A DNA stretch of 32,000 nucleotides, from NCBI GenBank assembly GCA_963716945.1, contig OY970322.1, positions 690,001 through 722,000 on the forward strand, read 5' to 3'. The notes below the pieces were generated by a model that saw nothing but the letters and a program-made list of their open reading frames with translations, was not told where the DNA came from and made no database searches. The stretch's first letter is position 1. Every line of letters begins with the position of its first letter. The position numbers and the translations under genes were made by a program. Source of the DNA: Candidatus Saccharimonadota bacterium (lineage in GTDB: Bacteria; Patescibacteriota; Saccharimonadia; Saccharimonadales; UBA4665). Below are positions 10,172 through 18,398 of the stretch, piece after piece.

Positions 10172-11185
10172 CTATCCTTCAGTCTCTAGTTTATCAAGTA
10201 ATTCGGCGGCCAGCTGCAGGCATTCGGCCTTGACATCGGCGATTGCGCGGCCGGATGTAACCTTGAAGCCGCCGGCAAAAGGGTGGCCGCCGCCGTCGAA
10301 GCGCCCAGCCAGGGTTGCGGCGACCGGCGCCCGCGGATTACAGCGGATGGCAGCCGTGATTTTGCCGTCGGTATAGACCTTGAAAGCTAGCGCCACTTCC
10401 ACGCCGGCTGTTTGCAGCATGTCGCCCTGAATCAGCGGGCCGGGGTTATAAAGCGGGCTAAATTCGTTAATTTCGGTTTGGGGTATTACTACCGAAGCGA
10501 CCCGGCCATCAGAGCTAAATTCAGTTCTTTTGATAAGGTCGGCTTTGTAGCGGTAAATCGGAGGCGGCATCTTGCCATATTCGCGCCGCAACTCTTCCAT
10601 AGCCGGCCGGTCGACACCGGCTTCGACGAAAGCCGCCATAATACGATAAGTTTCGGCCGAAGCCAGCTGGTTGGTCAAGCCTTGGGTGTCGCCCAGGATT
10701 GAACTCATCAAGCAGCTTTGGGCCTCGACCGACAACGGCCAGTCCAGCTGCCGGCTTAACAAGTAGATCAGCTCCCCGGCCGAAGCCCGCGACGGATCAT
10801 TGATCATCACGGTGGCAAAAGGTACTTCATGGCCGACAACCGCATGATGGTCAAGCACGATACATGGTTTGGCCGATAGCTGGCGCTGGTGGCCGGCATC
10901 AACCAGCCGCTCCAGCAGGGTCATAGTCGAGGCGTCAACCACGATACTGGTGTCAAACCGGCTCGGCAGTTCGGTCCCAACCCGGTCCCAGCCGGCCATG
11001 TAGCGGAGATAGCCAGGCATGTCGACGCCGCAATACATGTACGGCTGCTTGCCCATATCACCCAAGATATGTTCCAGCGCCAAAGCGCTGCCCAAACTGT
11101 CGGCGTCAGGGTTGTCTGCCTGAATAATGACAATTTTATCAGCCTCGTCGAGCAGCTTCTTAATCTGTTCGGCTTGTTTATACAT
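10172..11185 (-). CDS. nrnA: DHH/DHHA1 phosphoesterase (NrnA-like nanoRNase/pAp phosphatase)
   Basis: 337 aa. Has DNPDADSLGSALAL, VLDHH and C-terminal GGGHPFAGG (DHHA1 GGGH motif). Sits 8 nt upstream of the cysS start, so probably in the same operon. Confidence 0.8.
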   Translation of the reverse strand: MYKQAEQIKKLLDEADKIVIIQADNPDADSLGSALALEHILGDMGKQPYMYCGVDMPGYLRYMAGWDRVGTELPSRFDTSIVVDASTMTLLERLVDAGHQRQLSAKPCIVLDHHAVVGHEVPFATVMINDPSRASAGELIYLLSRQLDWPLSVEAQSCLMSSILGDTQGLTNQLASAETYRIMAAFVEAGVDRPAMEELRREYGKMPPPIYRYKADLIKRTEFSSDGRVASVVIPQTEINEFSPLYNPGPLIQGDMLQTAGVEVALAFKVYTDGKITAAIRCNPRAPVAATLAGRFDGGGHPFAGGFKVTSGRAIADVKAECLQLAAELLDKLETEG

Positions 11186-11223
11186 ATCTTATAATTGTAG
11201 GTTCTTTGACGGCGAATCCCAAA

Positions 11224-11829
11224 TCAGATAGCTTGGCGGCCTTCCAGCGCCCTGGCTAAGGTAATTTGGTCGGCGTATTCCAGGTCCACGCCAACCGACA
11301 AGCCGCGGGCCAGCCTGGTCATTTTGACTTTCCGGCTACCGACCTGCTGTTGGATATAAAGGGCTGTTGACTCGCCCTCGACGCTGGCATTAGTAGCCAA
11401 GATGACCTCTTTGACTTTGTCTTCGTCGATTCGCTTGATCAGTTCGGCGATATGCAGCTGTTCCGGGCCGATGTTGTCGATTGGCGAGACCAGGCCGCCC
11501 AGAACATGGTAAGTACCGTGGAACTGGCCGGTTTTCTCAAGCGCCACCAGGTCAAACGGCTCGGCTACGACCGCGACCAGCGTTTTATCCCGCTTCGGGT
11601 CGGTATAGAGGTCCGACAAGTCCTGGCCGGCAGGCACCAAGGCAAAAGTCTTAGAGCAATAGCCGATACCGCCGTTTAAAGCCTGGAGGGCGCCAGCCAG
11701 CCTCTGCGGCGTGTCGTTACCATGACGCAGCAGATAATAGGCATACCTCTCGGCCGTGCGCGGGCCGACACCCGGCAACAGGCCGAAAGCTTCAATCAAA
11801 TCACTCAATGCCGGCGGTAAAATCTGCAT
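11224..11829 (-). CDS. recR: recombination protein RecR (zinc-finger cysteines largely missing)
   Basis: 201 aa. Has the N-terminal HhH LIEAFGLLPGVGPRTAERYAYYLL and a Toprim region (VVAEP.D..ALEKTGQFHGTYHVLGG..SP..GIGPE...EVILATN...EGE.TA.Y) colinear with E. coli RecR. Confidence 0.9.
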   Translation of the reverse strand: MQILPPALSDLIEAFGLLPGVGPRTAERYAYYLLRHGNDTPQRLAGALQALNGGIGYCSKTFALVPAGQDLSDLYTDPKRDKTLVAVVAEPFDLVALEKTGQFHGTYHVLGGLVSPIDNIGPEQLHIAELIKRIDEDKVKEVILATNASVEGESTALYIQQQVGSRKVKMTRLARGLSVGVDLEYADQITLARALEGRQAI

Positions 11830-11844
11830 CGCTGCCCCAAGGGC

Positions 11845-12138
11845 CTATAGGCCCAGGTTGCCCAGCGCGCCCATCATGGGCTGCATCTTCTCGGCGGCTA
11901 CGCGCTGGCTTTCGCTAATGGCTTCCTTGACGGCGTCCTCGATCCAGCGTTCCAGCTGGCCGATGTCATCCAAATCAACGTATTCGGGGTCGATGCGGAC
12001 TTTTTTAATCTTTTGCTCGCCGGTAATTTCAACGGTAACGGCCCCGTCGCCTTTTTCAACGCTGATCACCATCTTCTGTAACTCGCTCTGAATCTTTTTG
12101 ACGCGCATTAACATCTTAGCTTGGTCAAATCGGCTCAT
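11845..12138 (-). CDS. ybaB: nucleoid-associated protein YbaB/EbfC
   Basis: 97 aa. Pattern MLMRVKKIQSELQKM......GDGAVTVEITGEQKIKKVRIDPE, plus the conserved position upstream of recR. GGAGG SD upstream. Confidence 0.85.
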   Translation of the reverse strand: MSRFDQAKMLMRVKKIQSELQKMVISVEKGDGAVTVEITGEQKIKKVRIDPEYVDLDDIGQLERWIEDAVKEAISESQRVAAEKMQPMMGALGNLGL

Positions 12139-12180
12139 ACTTCCTCCATCTTGTATCTTAATAGTATAGCAAACCGGCTG

Positions 12181-13371
12181 TTAATCCCGGCGGTGCTGGA
12201 AAACAACCCGGGTTTCGGGATTATGGGGCCAGGCGACAAAGTAAGCCCGCAGATTATAAACGCAACTAAGGCCGACGGCTAAGGCTACCAGACCGAGGCC
12301 CAAGCCCCTGGCCAACGGGTTGTTAGGAAAGACCTGGAGCCACTCGTGCAACAGGTACGTGATGCCGGTTGCGGCCATGACATAGAGTAAAGGCACGAGC
12401 AGGCTCAAGCCGACCGGGCCGCCCAACCCGACCAGGACGAAAGCGGCAAGGGCGAACAGCCCCAGCAAACGGCTACGGGACGCTTTAGGCCGGCTGGCAT
12501 AAAAGTAAATACCTGCCAGGCAAACCGCCAGAGTAAAAATATCCATCACCGGCGCCCGTCCCAGCCAGATATCCGGATATTGCGGCCCCCTGATAAATAA
12601 ATGGACCGGCACCGCGGCGAACTGTTTCAATAAATGGGCCGGCGAAGCAAAATGCGCCGGTAGCCCCAACCAAGACACCAACTTGCCCGGACGCGTCAGT
12701 CCCCAGACTAAGAGCGGCAGCCAGACAGCTCCGGCCAGACCGTAAAGTAACCGCTGCCACCAGGCCCGGAAGTGTCGCCAAGAGCCGGCCAGCACCGACC
12801 GCTGCAGCCAGATTTCGATACCGATTAGCCAGACCAGTCCCGGAATATACAACATTAAACCCCAGATCAGGAGACTGCCATACCAGACCAAGGGCCGCCG
12901 GCCGTGCTTGGCCACCATTACGTGCAGCAGCAAAAGTGTCGGCATAGCCCAGAGGTAAAGTACGTCAAAACTGGCCAGCCGGCTGGCATGAAGCGTCCAT
13001 GCCCCGGTCGCGAACAGTAAGCCGGCCAGAACTGCCGTACGGGTGCCGTGCCAAAGCCACACCAGCCAGGCGAAGGCGGCTATCGCCAGGCCGCCAAATA
13101 TAGTATTGGGCAGCCTGGTCAGGGTTTGGCCGTGGCCCGGCGACAAGGCGAAGACGACCGACCGCGCGAAGTTAAGCGGCAGATCAAGCGGCTGATGGTA
13201 AATGCCATGCCAGCCTACAGGAGCGGCGGCCGCCGCCAACTCACCGGCACTTAAACCGCCGGTCAAGCTGCCCAGCTTATAGAGCATCAGCCAGCCTACC
13301 GCAACCAGCGCCAGCAGCGACCAGCCGATCAGACGCCATCGCTCACTTACGTAACCGTTGATTTTCTCCAT
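12181..13371 (-). CDS. polytopic integral membrane protein (possibly GT-C-type glycosyltransferase; function not established)
   Basis: 396 aa. At least 10 hydrophobic, Trp/Leu-rich segments by eye, with short Arg-rich loops. No catalytic motif recognised with confidence. Confidence 0.5.
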   Translation of the reverse strand: MEKINGYVSERWRLIGWSLLALVAVGWLMLYKLGSLTGGLSAGELAAAAAPVGWHGIYHQPLDLPLNFARSVVFALSPGHGQTLTRLPNTIFGGLAIAAFAWLVWLWHGTRTAVLAGLLFATGAWTLHASRLASFDVLYLWAMPTLLLLHVMVAKHGRRPLVWYGSLLIWGLMLYIPGLVWLIGIEIWLQRSVLAGSWRHFRAWWQRLLYGLAGAVWLPLLVWGLTRPGKLVSWLGLPAHFASPAHLLKQFAAVPVHLFIRGPQYPDIWLGRAPVMDIFTLAVCLAGIYFYASRPKASRSRLLGLFALAAFVLVGLGGPVGLSLLVPLLYVMAATGITYLLHEWLQVFPNNPLARGLGLGLVALAVGLSCVYNLRAYFVAWPHNPETRVVFQHRRD

Positions 13372-13430
13372 GTTCGCTTAATTATAGCCTTAGGCGGCTT
13401 TTTATTATAGTAGTCCTGCCCGGATCAGGT

Positions 13431-14801
13431 TTAAGTATTGAAGGGCTGGTCTTTGTGGCGGGTATCAACCGAGTGAAAGCGCTGGCGTTCGTTGTCAAAA
13501 GTCAGCTCCAAGCCGCCGGTCGGCCCGTTACGGTGCTTCTTAATGAAAATGTCCGTCAGCTTTTTGCGCTCCGTATCGGGGTTATAGTACTCTTCGCGGT
13601 AGATGAAAGCCACGACGTCGGCATCCTGTTCAATCGAGCCCGATTCGCGCAAGTCGGCCAGTTGCGGTATCTGCGGACTGCGGCTTTCGACGGAGCGGCT
13701 TAACTGGCTGAGCGCCAGAATCGGCACGTTCAGCTCCCTGGCTATGCCTTTAAGCCCGCGCGAAATTTCAGATATCTCCTGTACCCGGTTGCCGTCGTTG
13801 CCGTAGCGGTTGGGGCCGCTCATAAGCTGCAGATAATCAACTATAATCAGACCTAACGGCCGGCGGTGAGCTTCGCGGCGGGCTTTGGTCCGTAAGTCGC
13901 TGATCGTAATGCCGGGGCTGTCATCAATATAGATCTGGGCTTCGCTGAGCGTGCCCATAGCTTGGCCGATCTTCTCGAAGTCGGCGTCGGTCAGGTTGCC
14001 CGTACGCAGGGCCCAGGCTTCAACGCCGGATTCCATCGAGAGCAAGCGGTCGACCAGCTGCTCCTTACTCATTTCCAGGCTAAAAACCAATACCGGCTGG
14101 TTGGCCCGGACGGCGATATTGTGAGCGAAATTAAGGGCCAGAGCCGTTTTGCCCATCGAAGGGCGGGCTGCCAGGATCACCAGGTCGGACTTCTGGAAGC
14201 CGGCCAGCAGGTTATCAAGATCCTTGAAGCCGGTCGGCACGCCGCGGATTTTCTGCTTATCCTTATGCAAGTCGTCTAGCCGGTCAAAACTTTCAGCCAA
14301 AATGGCTTCCAGACTGATGACATCCTGCTTGACGTGTTGCTGGCTGACCTCGAACAGTCTGGTCTCGGCTTCCTCGACGAGTTCGCTAAGCTGTCTTGAT
14401 TCGTCATAACCAAGGCCACCGATTTCTTTGGAAGCGGCAATCAAGCGCCGACGCAAAGCTTTCTGGGCCACAATATCGGCGTATTGCTCGACATGAGCTG
14501 CAGTCGGTACGAAATTAGTCAGTTCGGTCAGGTATGCCGGGCCGCCGATGCTTTCGAGGTGGCCGCTGCTGCGCAAGCGGTCGGCCAAAGTCAGTACGTC
14601 AATCGCCTCGTGGTGCTCATAGAGATAGATAATAGCCTCATAAATGCGCTCATGCCGCTTATCGAAAAAGTCAAACGTGTTGACGTTATCGGCTATCTTA
14701 ACAATGGCGTCACTGTCAATGAGCAGCGCTCCCAGCAGGCTGGCTTCAGCTTCGGCGTTTTGCGGAGGCGTACCGGTGGCGGGCGATGGGTCCATACTCA
14801 T
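13431..14801 (-). CDS. dnaB: replicative DNA helicase DnaB
   Basis: 456 aa. Has PPQNAEAEASLLGALLID, Walker A ARPSMGKTA, IIVDYLQLM and SQLSR...ESG.IEQDAD. No intein-sized insertion. Confidence 0.95.
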   Translation of the reverse strand: MSMDPSPATGTPPQNAEAEASLLGALLIDSDAIVKIADNVNTFDFFDKRHERIYEAIIYLYEHHEAIDVLTLADRLRSSGHLESIGGPAYLTELTNFVPTAAHVEQYADIVAQKALRRRLIAASKEIGGLGYDESRQLSELVEEAETRLFEVSQQHVKQDVISLEAILAESFDRLDDLHKDKQKIRGVPTGFKDLDNLLAGFQKSDLVILAARPSMGKTALALNFAHNIAVRANQPVLVFSLEMSKEQLVDRLLSMESGVEAWALRTGNLTDADFEKIGQAMGTLSEAQIYIDDSPGITISDLRTKARREAHRRPLGLIIVDYLQLMSGPNRYGNDGNRVQEISEISRGLKGIARELNVPILALSQLSRSVESRSPQIPQLADLRESGSIEQDADVVAFIYREEYYNPDTERKKLTDIFIKKHRNGPTGGLELTFDNERQRFHSVDTRHKDQPFNT

Positions 14802-16300
14802 GATTCTAACAGTTCGGCGTCACCAAAAATATTGCTTATGGTTGTTAGGTCCTGGTCGTCAGACGCTTCGGCGACCGGTTCAATAGGAGCTTTGGCGGAT
14901 GGCGCCGAGGCCCGCTTGTCATGCAGGCACTCGATGGCCACTGTGCGGCCTGTCAGCTCTTTGATTACGGCAGCTATCTTTTTGCGGTTGGAGTCTTCAT
15001 TAATCCGCTTCTGATGGAAAGCGAACGCAAAGGTAAGTTTCAAGCTATCCTCCGAAAACTCGGGCTCGGCCATCCTAACGATACTGTAGAGCGTATTATT
15101 TTGCTGTTTTAGGGCCTGGAGTACGGCCGGCCAGACGCTTGCGTCAAATGGTTTTGCGCCGTCTGAGGTCTTAGTACCTGGCTTAGTGCCAGGTTCGGCC
15201 GTTTTCGGCGGGGCGGGCTCGTCGATAGCGGCGGCCCGGGGCGGTTTCGCAACCGGCTTGTCATGCCCAGCCTCAGCGGGCTTCGGCAGCTCATGTGTCT
15301 CCGCCGGCGCCGGTTTAGTAGGCTGGATCGGATTGGTTGAGCCGGTCCGGGGCCGGGCTTTCAGCAGTCCGATTTCCAAGAAACGTTCCGGATCATGTGA
15401 AACCGGCACTTCTATCAAAAAATCCATTAGCCGAAAAGCCGAGTCGGCATCCACAGCCCCTTCCATAAGCCGTTGCCTGATAAGCTCGCCTAGCTTTTTA
15501 GCTATAGCCGCGGCCTGGTAGCCCTGGTCGTAGAGGGCCGTAAGACTTTGCATCAAAGTGGCCGGCTCGGCAGCGCCGAGTGACTGGTTAAGCAAATTGC
15601 CAATCACCTCAGCCGGCGGCAGCCCAAGCAGCCGTTGGACGTCGGCCAGCTCTATCTTATTAGCGCTGCTGCCGGCCTGGTCCAGCAGGCTGATACTGTC
15701 ACGGAAACTGCCCTCGCCATACTCTGCCAGCAGCCGGACCGCATCGTCCGAGATGTCGATTTTCTCAGCTTTGGCGATAGCCTTGAGTTGAGACGCCACC
15801 CGGTCGGCGTCAACCGGCTTGAAGCTGAACCTTTGAGTCCGGCTGACAATCGTGTCCGGCAATTTGTGCGCGTCAGTCGTAGCCAGGATAAAAACGGCAT
15901 GGGCCGGCGGCTCCTCAAGTGTCTTAAGCAAGGCGTTAAAGGCTTCACGCGTCAGCATGTGCACCTCATCGATAATATAAACTTTGTACTTAGCGTTGGT
16001 CGGCGCGACATAAACCTTATCCCGCAGTTCGCGAATTTCATCAATCCGGCGGTTGCTGGCGGCATCGATTTCGATAATATCCAGGTCGGCACTATCGTCG
16101 TTATACGGGAGGCCGTTAATAGCGTGGGCCAGGATTCGGGCAACCGAGGTCTTGCCTACGCCGCGCGGCCCGGTAAATAAATAGGCATGACTAATCCGCC
16201 CCTGTTTAATGGCTTGTTCCAAAGTCTTGGTAATGTATTCCTGGCCGATGACTTCAGACAGGCTTTTAGGCCTGTGTTTGCGATACAAAGCTTGTCCCAT
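14798..16300 (-). CDS. dnaX: DNA polymerase III subunit gamma/tau
   Basis: 500 aa. Has YRKHRPKSLSEVIGQE......HAYLFTGPRGVGKTS, IIDEVHML, SRTQRF, and a Pro/Ala/Lys-rich linker. Its stop overlaps the dnaB start (ATGA, 14798..14801). Confidence 0.95.
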   Translation of the reverse strand: MGQALYRKHRPKSLSEVIGQEYITKTLEQAIKQGRISHAYLFTGPRGVGKTSVARILAHAINGLPYNDDSADLDIIEIDAASNRRIDEIRELRDKVYVAPTNAKYKVYIIDEVHMLTREAFNALLKTLEEPPAHAVFILATTDAHKLPDTIVSRTQRFSFKPVDADRVASQLKAIAKAEKIDISDDAVRLLAEYGEGSFRDSISLLDQAGSSANKIELADVQRLLGLPPAEVIGNLLNQSLGAAEPATLMQSLTALYDQGYQAAAIAKKLGELIRQRLMEGAVDADSAFRLMDFLIEVPVSHDPERFLEIGLLKARPRTGSTNPIQPTKPAPAETHELPKPAEAGHDKPVAKPPRAAAIDEPAPPKTAEPGTKPGTKTSDGAKPFDASVWPAVLQALKQQNNTLYSIVRMAEPEFSEDSLKLTFAFAFHQKRINEDSNRKKIAAVIKELTGRTVAIECLHDKRASAPSAKAPIEPVAEASDDQDLTTISNIFGDAELLES

Positions 16301-16382
16301 GTATCAAATAAGTATGAACTATTTAACGATAATTATAAAGCCTATGGAAACTGCCGCCGTAATCAACCGCGACTAACAGGTA

Positions 16383-17051
16383 CTACTGCTTAGGCGCTAG
16401 GGCGGCCCTCATATAGCCGGCCGTAGAACGGCGGCTAAGCCTGAGGCCTATATCCGTAGCCGCACCGGCAGCCTTGCCGAATTTAGCGCCAAGGTCTTCC
16501 TGGCCAAAGTTGCGGGCCGTCCTCTCAAACAACCTGAAGCCGACACCGCCCCATACGCCGAACATAGCGTACTTACCGGAACGGGAAACTTCCGGGTCAA
16601 GACCCCTGGCTTTGGCAATACCGTTAGCGACGGTTTTTTGGATGGTAACATCCAGCATGGCAGCCGCGTCGGCCTCCGGTATGACACCCTTAGGCTTAAG
16701 CGTGACAGCCGCCAAAACTACCAGGCCGGCATCAAGGCTGGCGTCAATCAGTTTACCCTTCGGGCTCTTAGTGCCGGTCTGGTCGGCTATCTTGCCATCC
16801 CTCAGATCCAGTACGCGCCCGGCACCGATTAGGGCCGTGCCGGCCAGGCTGCTAAACGGCGTGTCGCGATTCATTAGTGCCAAGCCGCTCATAGTCAGCA
16901 AGGCGCCGCCGGCAGACAAGCGGTTGCCGGGCGTGTCCCAGCCGTTGGTAGCAGCGGCCCGGCGTTGGTGGTCATTCCACTCCGCAGACGGAACAGTTTC
17001 CCAGTCGGCCACTTGGCCCGAACGGTGCAAATCAGGCAAGGCTAATTTCAT
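16383..17051 (-). CDS. divergent CDP-alcohol phosphatidyltransferase-family protein
   Basis: 222 aa. DLRDGKIADQTGTKSPKGKLIDASLD fits the family signature D-x2-D-G-x2-A-R-x5-S-x2-G-x3-D-x3-D at every fixed position except R->D. The rest is Gly/Ala-rich and only moderately hydrophobic. Confidence 0.5.
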   Translation of the reverse strand: MKLALPDLHRSGQVADWETVPSAEWNDHQRRAAATNGWDTPGNRLSAGGALLTMSGLALMNRDTPFSSLAGTALIGAGRVLDLRDGKIADQTGTKSPKGKLIDASLDAGLVVLAAVTLKPKGVIPEADAAAMLDVTIQKTVANGIAKARGLDPEVSRSGKYAMFGVWGGVGFRLFERTARNFGQEDLGAKFGKAAGAATDIGLRLSRRSTAGYMRAALAPKQ

Positions 17052-17057
17052 CCCAAT

Positions 17058-17086
17058 ACTATATCACAGTATAGGATTAAAGTCAA
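17058..17086 (-). promoter_or_regulatory. sigma70-like promoter placed for a leaderless transcript of the 16383..17051 gene
   Basis: The minus strand reads TTGACT - 17 nt - TATAGT - 6 nt (attggg) - ATG. No SD can fit. Confidence 0.5.
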
Positions 17087-17102
17087 ATATAGAGGCTGCC
17101 TG

Positions 17103-17612
17103 CTACAAGGCGGCTTCGAGCGCGGCCCACTCGGCCGCTGAATCGTCTTCCGGTATGTTGACGCTGACCTGGTCCCCGGGCTTAGCTTTGAAATAAGTAA
17201 CGCTGGCTAGAAGTACGCGCAGTTTGCGGCCATTAACCTCAACGAAATAATGGCCGTTTTCGAGCATTAGCGTACCGACCACTTGCTTGCGCGGGATAGG
17301 GCCGATCTGCTTGTACAAGAAGGCGCCGTCTTCGGCTATAGTCAGCTTGAGGATATCGCCCTGCACGAGCTTGGACTTACTGGCGTAGTTAGCCGGTACG
17401 GGATAAGTTTTGCCGTCGGAGCCGACCATGTTCTGGCCGTCAAAAACACCCTCGATGACCTTGCCGAGAGTGTCTTCGCGGGCTACCGGGGCAACTTTGT
17501 CATCGTCACCCACTAAACTTATCAGAAGCTCGGTAGCGGCGGCCAAGCTGGTCTCCGCCTCTTGGACTAAGGCGCGTAAACGCTTTACTTGTTTATCGGG
17601 TATGTCAGGCAT
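17103..17612 (-). CDS. hypothetical protein (N-terminal helix plus two beta-rich repeats)
   Basis: 169 aa with balanced composition. Two similar segments, each with a basic/Gly-rich stretch followed by an acidic tail: GKVIEGVFDG..MVGSDGKTY.VP...ASKSKLVQGDILKLTIAEDG and VGTLMLENGHYFVEVNGRKLRVLLASVTYFKAKPGDQVSVNIPEDD. No family recognised. Confidence 0.5.
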   Translation of the reverse strand: MPDIPDKQVKRLRALVQEAETSLAAATELLISLVGDDDKVAPVAREDTLGKVIEGVFDGQNMVGSDGKTYPVPANYASKSKLVQGDILKLTIAEDGAFLYKQIGPIPRKQVVGTLMLENGHYFVEVNGRKLRVLLASVTYFKAKPGDQVSVNIPEDDSAAEWAALEAAL

Positions 17613-17659
17613 ATTGTCTGTCTCTCTTGCAAGTGTTTATTGGTACACTTTTCCCCCTC

Positions 17660-17688
17660 AAAATAACACGTAGAACAGGTCATGTCAA
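17660..17688 (-). promoter_or_regulatory. candidate promoter for the 17103..17612 gene
   Basis: The minus strand reads TTGACA - 17 nt - TATTTT. The leader contains the hairpin AAGTGT-N8-ACACTT and a purine-rich AGAGAGA before ATG 17612. Confidence 0.35.
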
Positions 17689-17714
17689 AAAAATATATTA
17701 AGTTGTGGATAAAT

Positions 17715-18368
17715 CTAAGCGTTTTGGAAACCGGCAGGTACCAATTCATTACCTGAGTAGCCATTGCAAGACAGCGCCTCTTCACCGTAGAGTGAACTTT
17801 TAGCGCTTATGGCAGGGTAGCCGGGCTGCAGATAGGTATCAGTTTCGATAACGCTGAGCTGGACAAAAGGCTTCCGGCCTTTGGCCACTAATTGCTTGGC
17901 TACTTTACAGGCCTTTGCAAATGAGAACGAGCCTGAAGCCGCGGCTTCGGGTTCATCGCCTGCTTGAAGAGTTTCATTACTGATTACTATCTGAGCGGAA
18001 ATTCCGGGTACAGATTCCACAAACGCGCCGGCTCTAAGCTGAAGATTTTCTTTGACTTTAACAGAGCCGGTACACGCCTTTGGATCATCAAAACTTCCAA
18101 CTGTCAATCCTCCGATCTGAGACACATCGAGCGTAAAGTCCGAATCCTGCTTGGAATTGCCCGGGTCGACGTTAAGCGATAGATCGACACTCGACGCATT
18201 GTTGGAAAACACATTGTGGGTCGTCGCGCTGGCACACTCTGCAAAAGTAGCCTGGGGAAGGCCGGCCGATTCATCCGCAGCCGCAACGCTAGCAGACAAG
18301 GCATTGCCTCCGATAAAAGCTGCCGCTGATGCTATGGCGACTGCTAAAGGCTGATTAAAGTTTCTGAT
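17715..18368 (-). CDS. hypothetical secreted protein; start proposed at ATC 18368 (the track ORF starts at TTG 18299)
   Basis: The frame is open upstream of TTG 18299 and encodes I-RNFNQPLAVAIASAAAFIGGNALSA|SVAAADE. This has a basic n-region, a hydrophobic core and an A-x-A-like cleavage site. GGAG lies 8 nt upstream of the ATC. A consensus promoter lies just upstream. The mature part has 4 Cys and no recognised family. Confidence 0.5.
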   Translation of the reverse strand: MRNFNQPLAVAIASAAAFIGGNALSASVAAADESAGLPQATFAECASATTHNVFSNNASSVDLSLNVDPGNSKQDSDFTLDVSQIGGLTVGSFDDPKACTGSVKVKENLQLRAGAFVESVPGISAQIVISNETLQAGDEPEAAASGSFSFAKACKVAKQLVAKGRKPFVQLSVIETDTYLQPGYPAISAKSSLYGEEALSCNGYSGNELVPAGFQNA

Positions 18369-18398
18369 GGTCTGTTCTCCCTGACTGTAATTTAGTAT

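Noticed and set aside
14798-16300. Programmed -1 frameshift site in dnaX (A AAA AAG-type heptamer producing gamma)
   Set aside because: I found no A-AAA-AAG or similar slippery heptamer in the dnaX sense strand. The nearest A-run is CAAAAAG, in the wrong context.
16301-16382. Possible SRP RNA (ffs), which often sits just upstream of dnaX
   Set aside because: The 82-nt gap is AT-rich and has no GGAA/AGCA domain-IV-like motifs or extended helix. It looks like a plain promoter region (TATAAT present).
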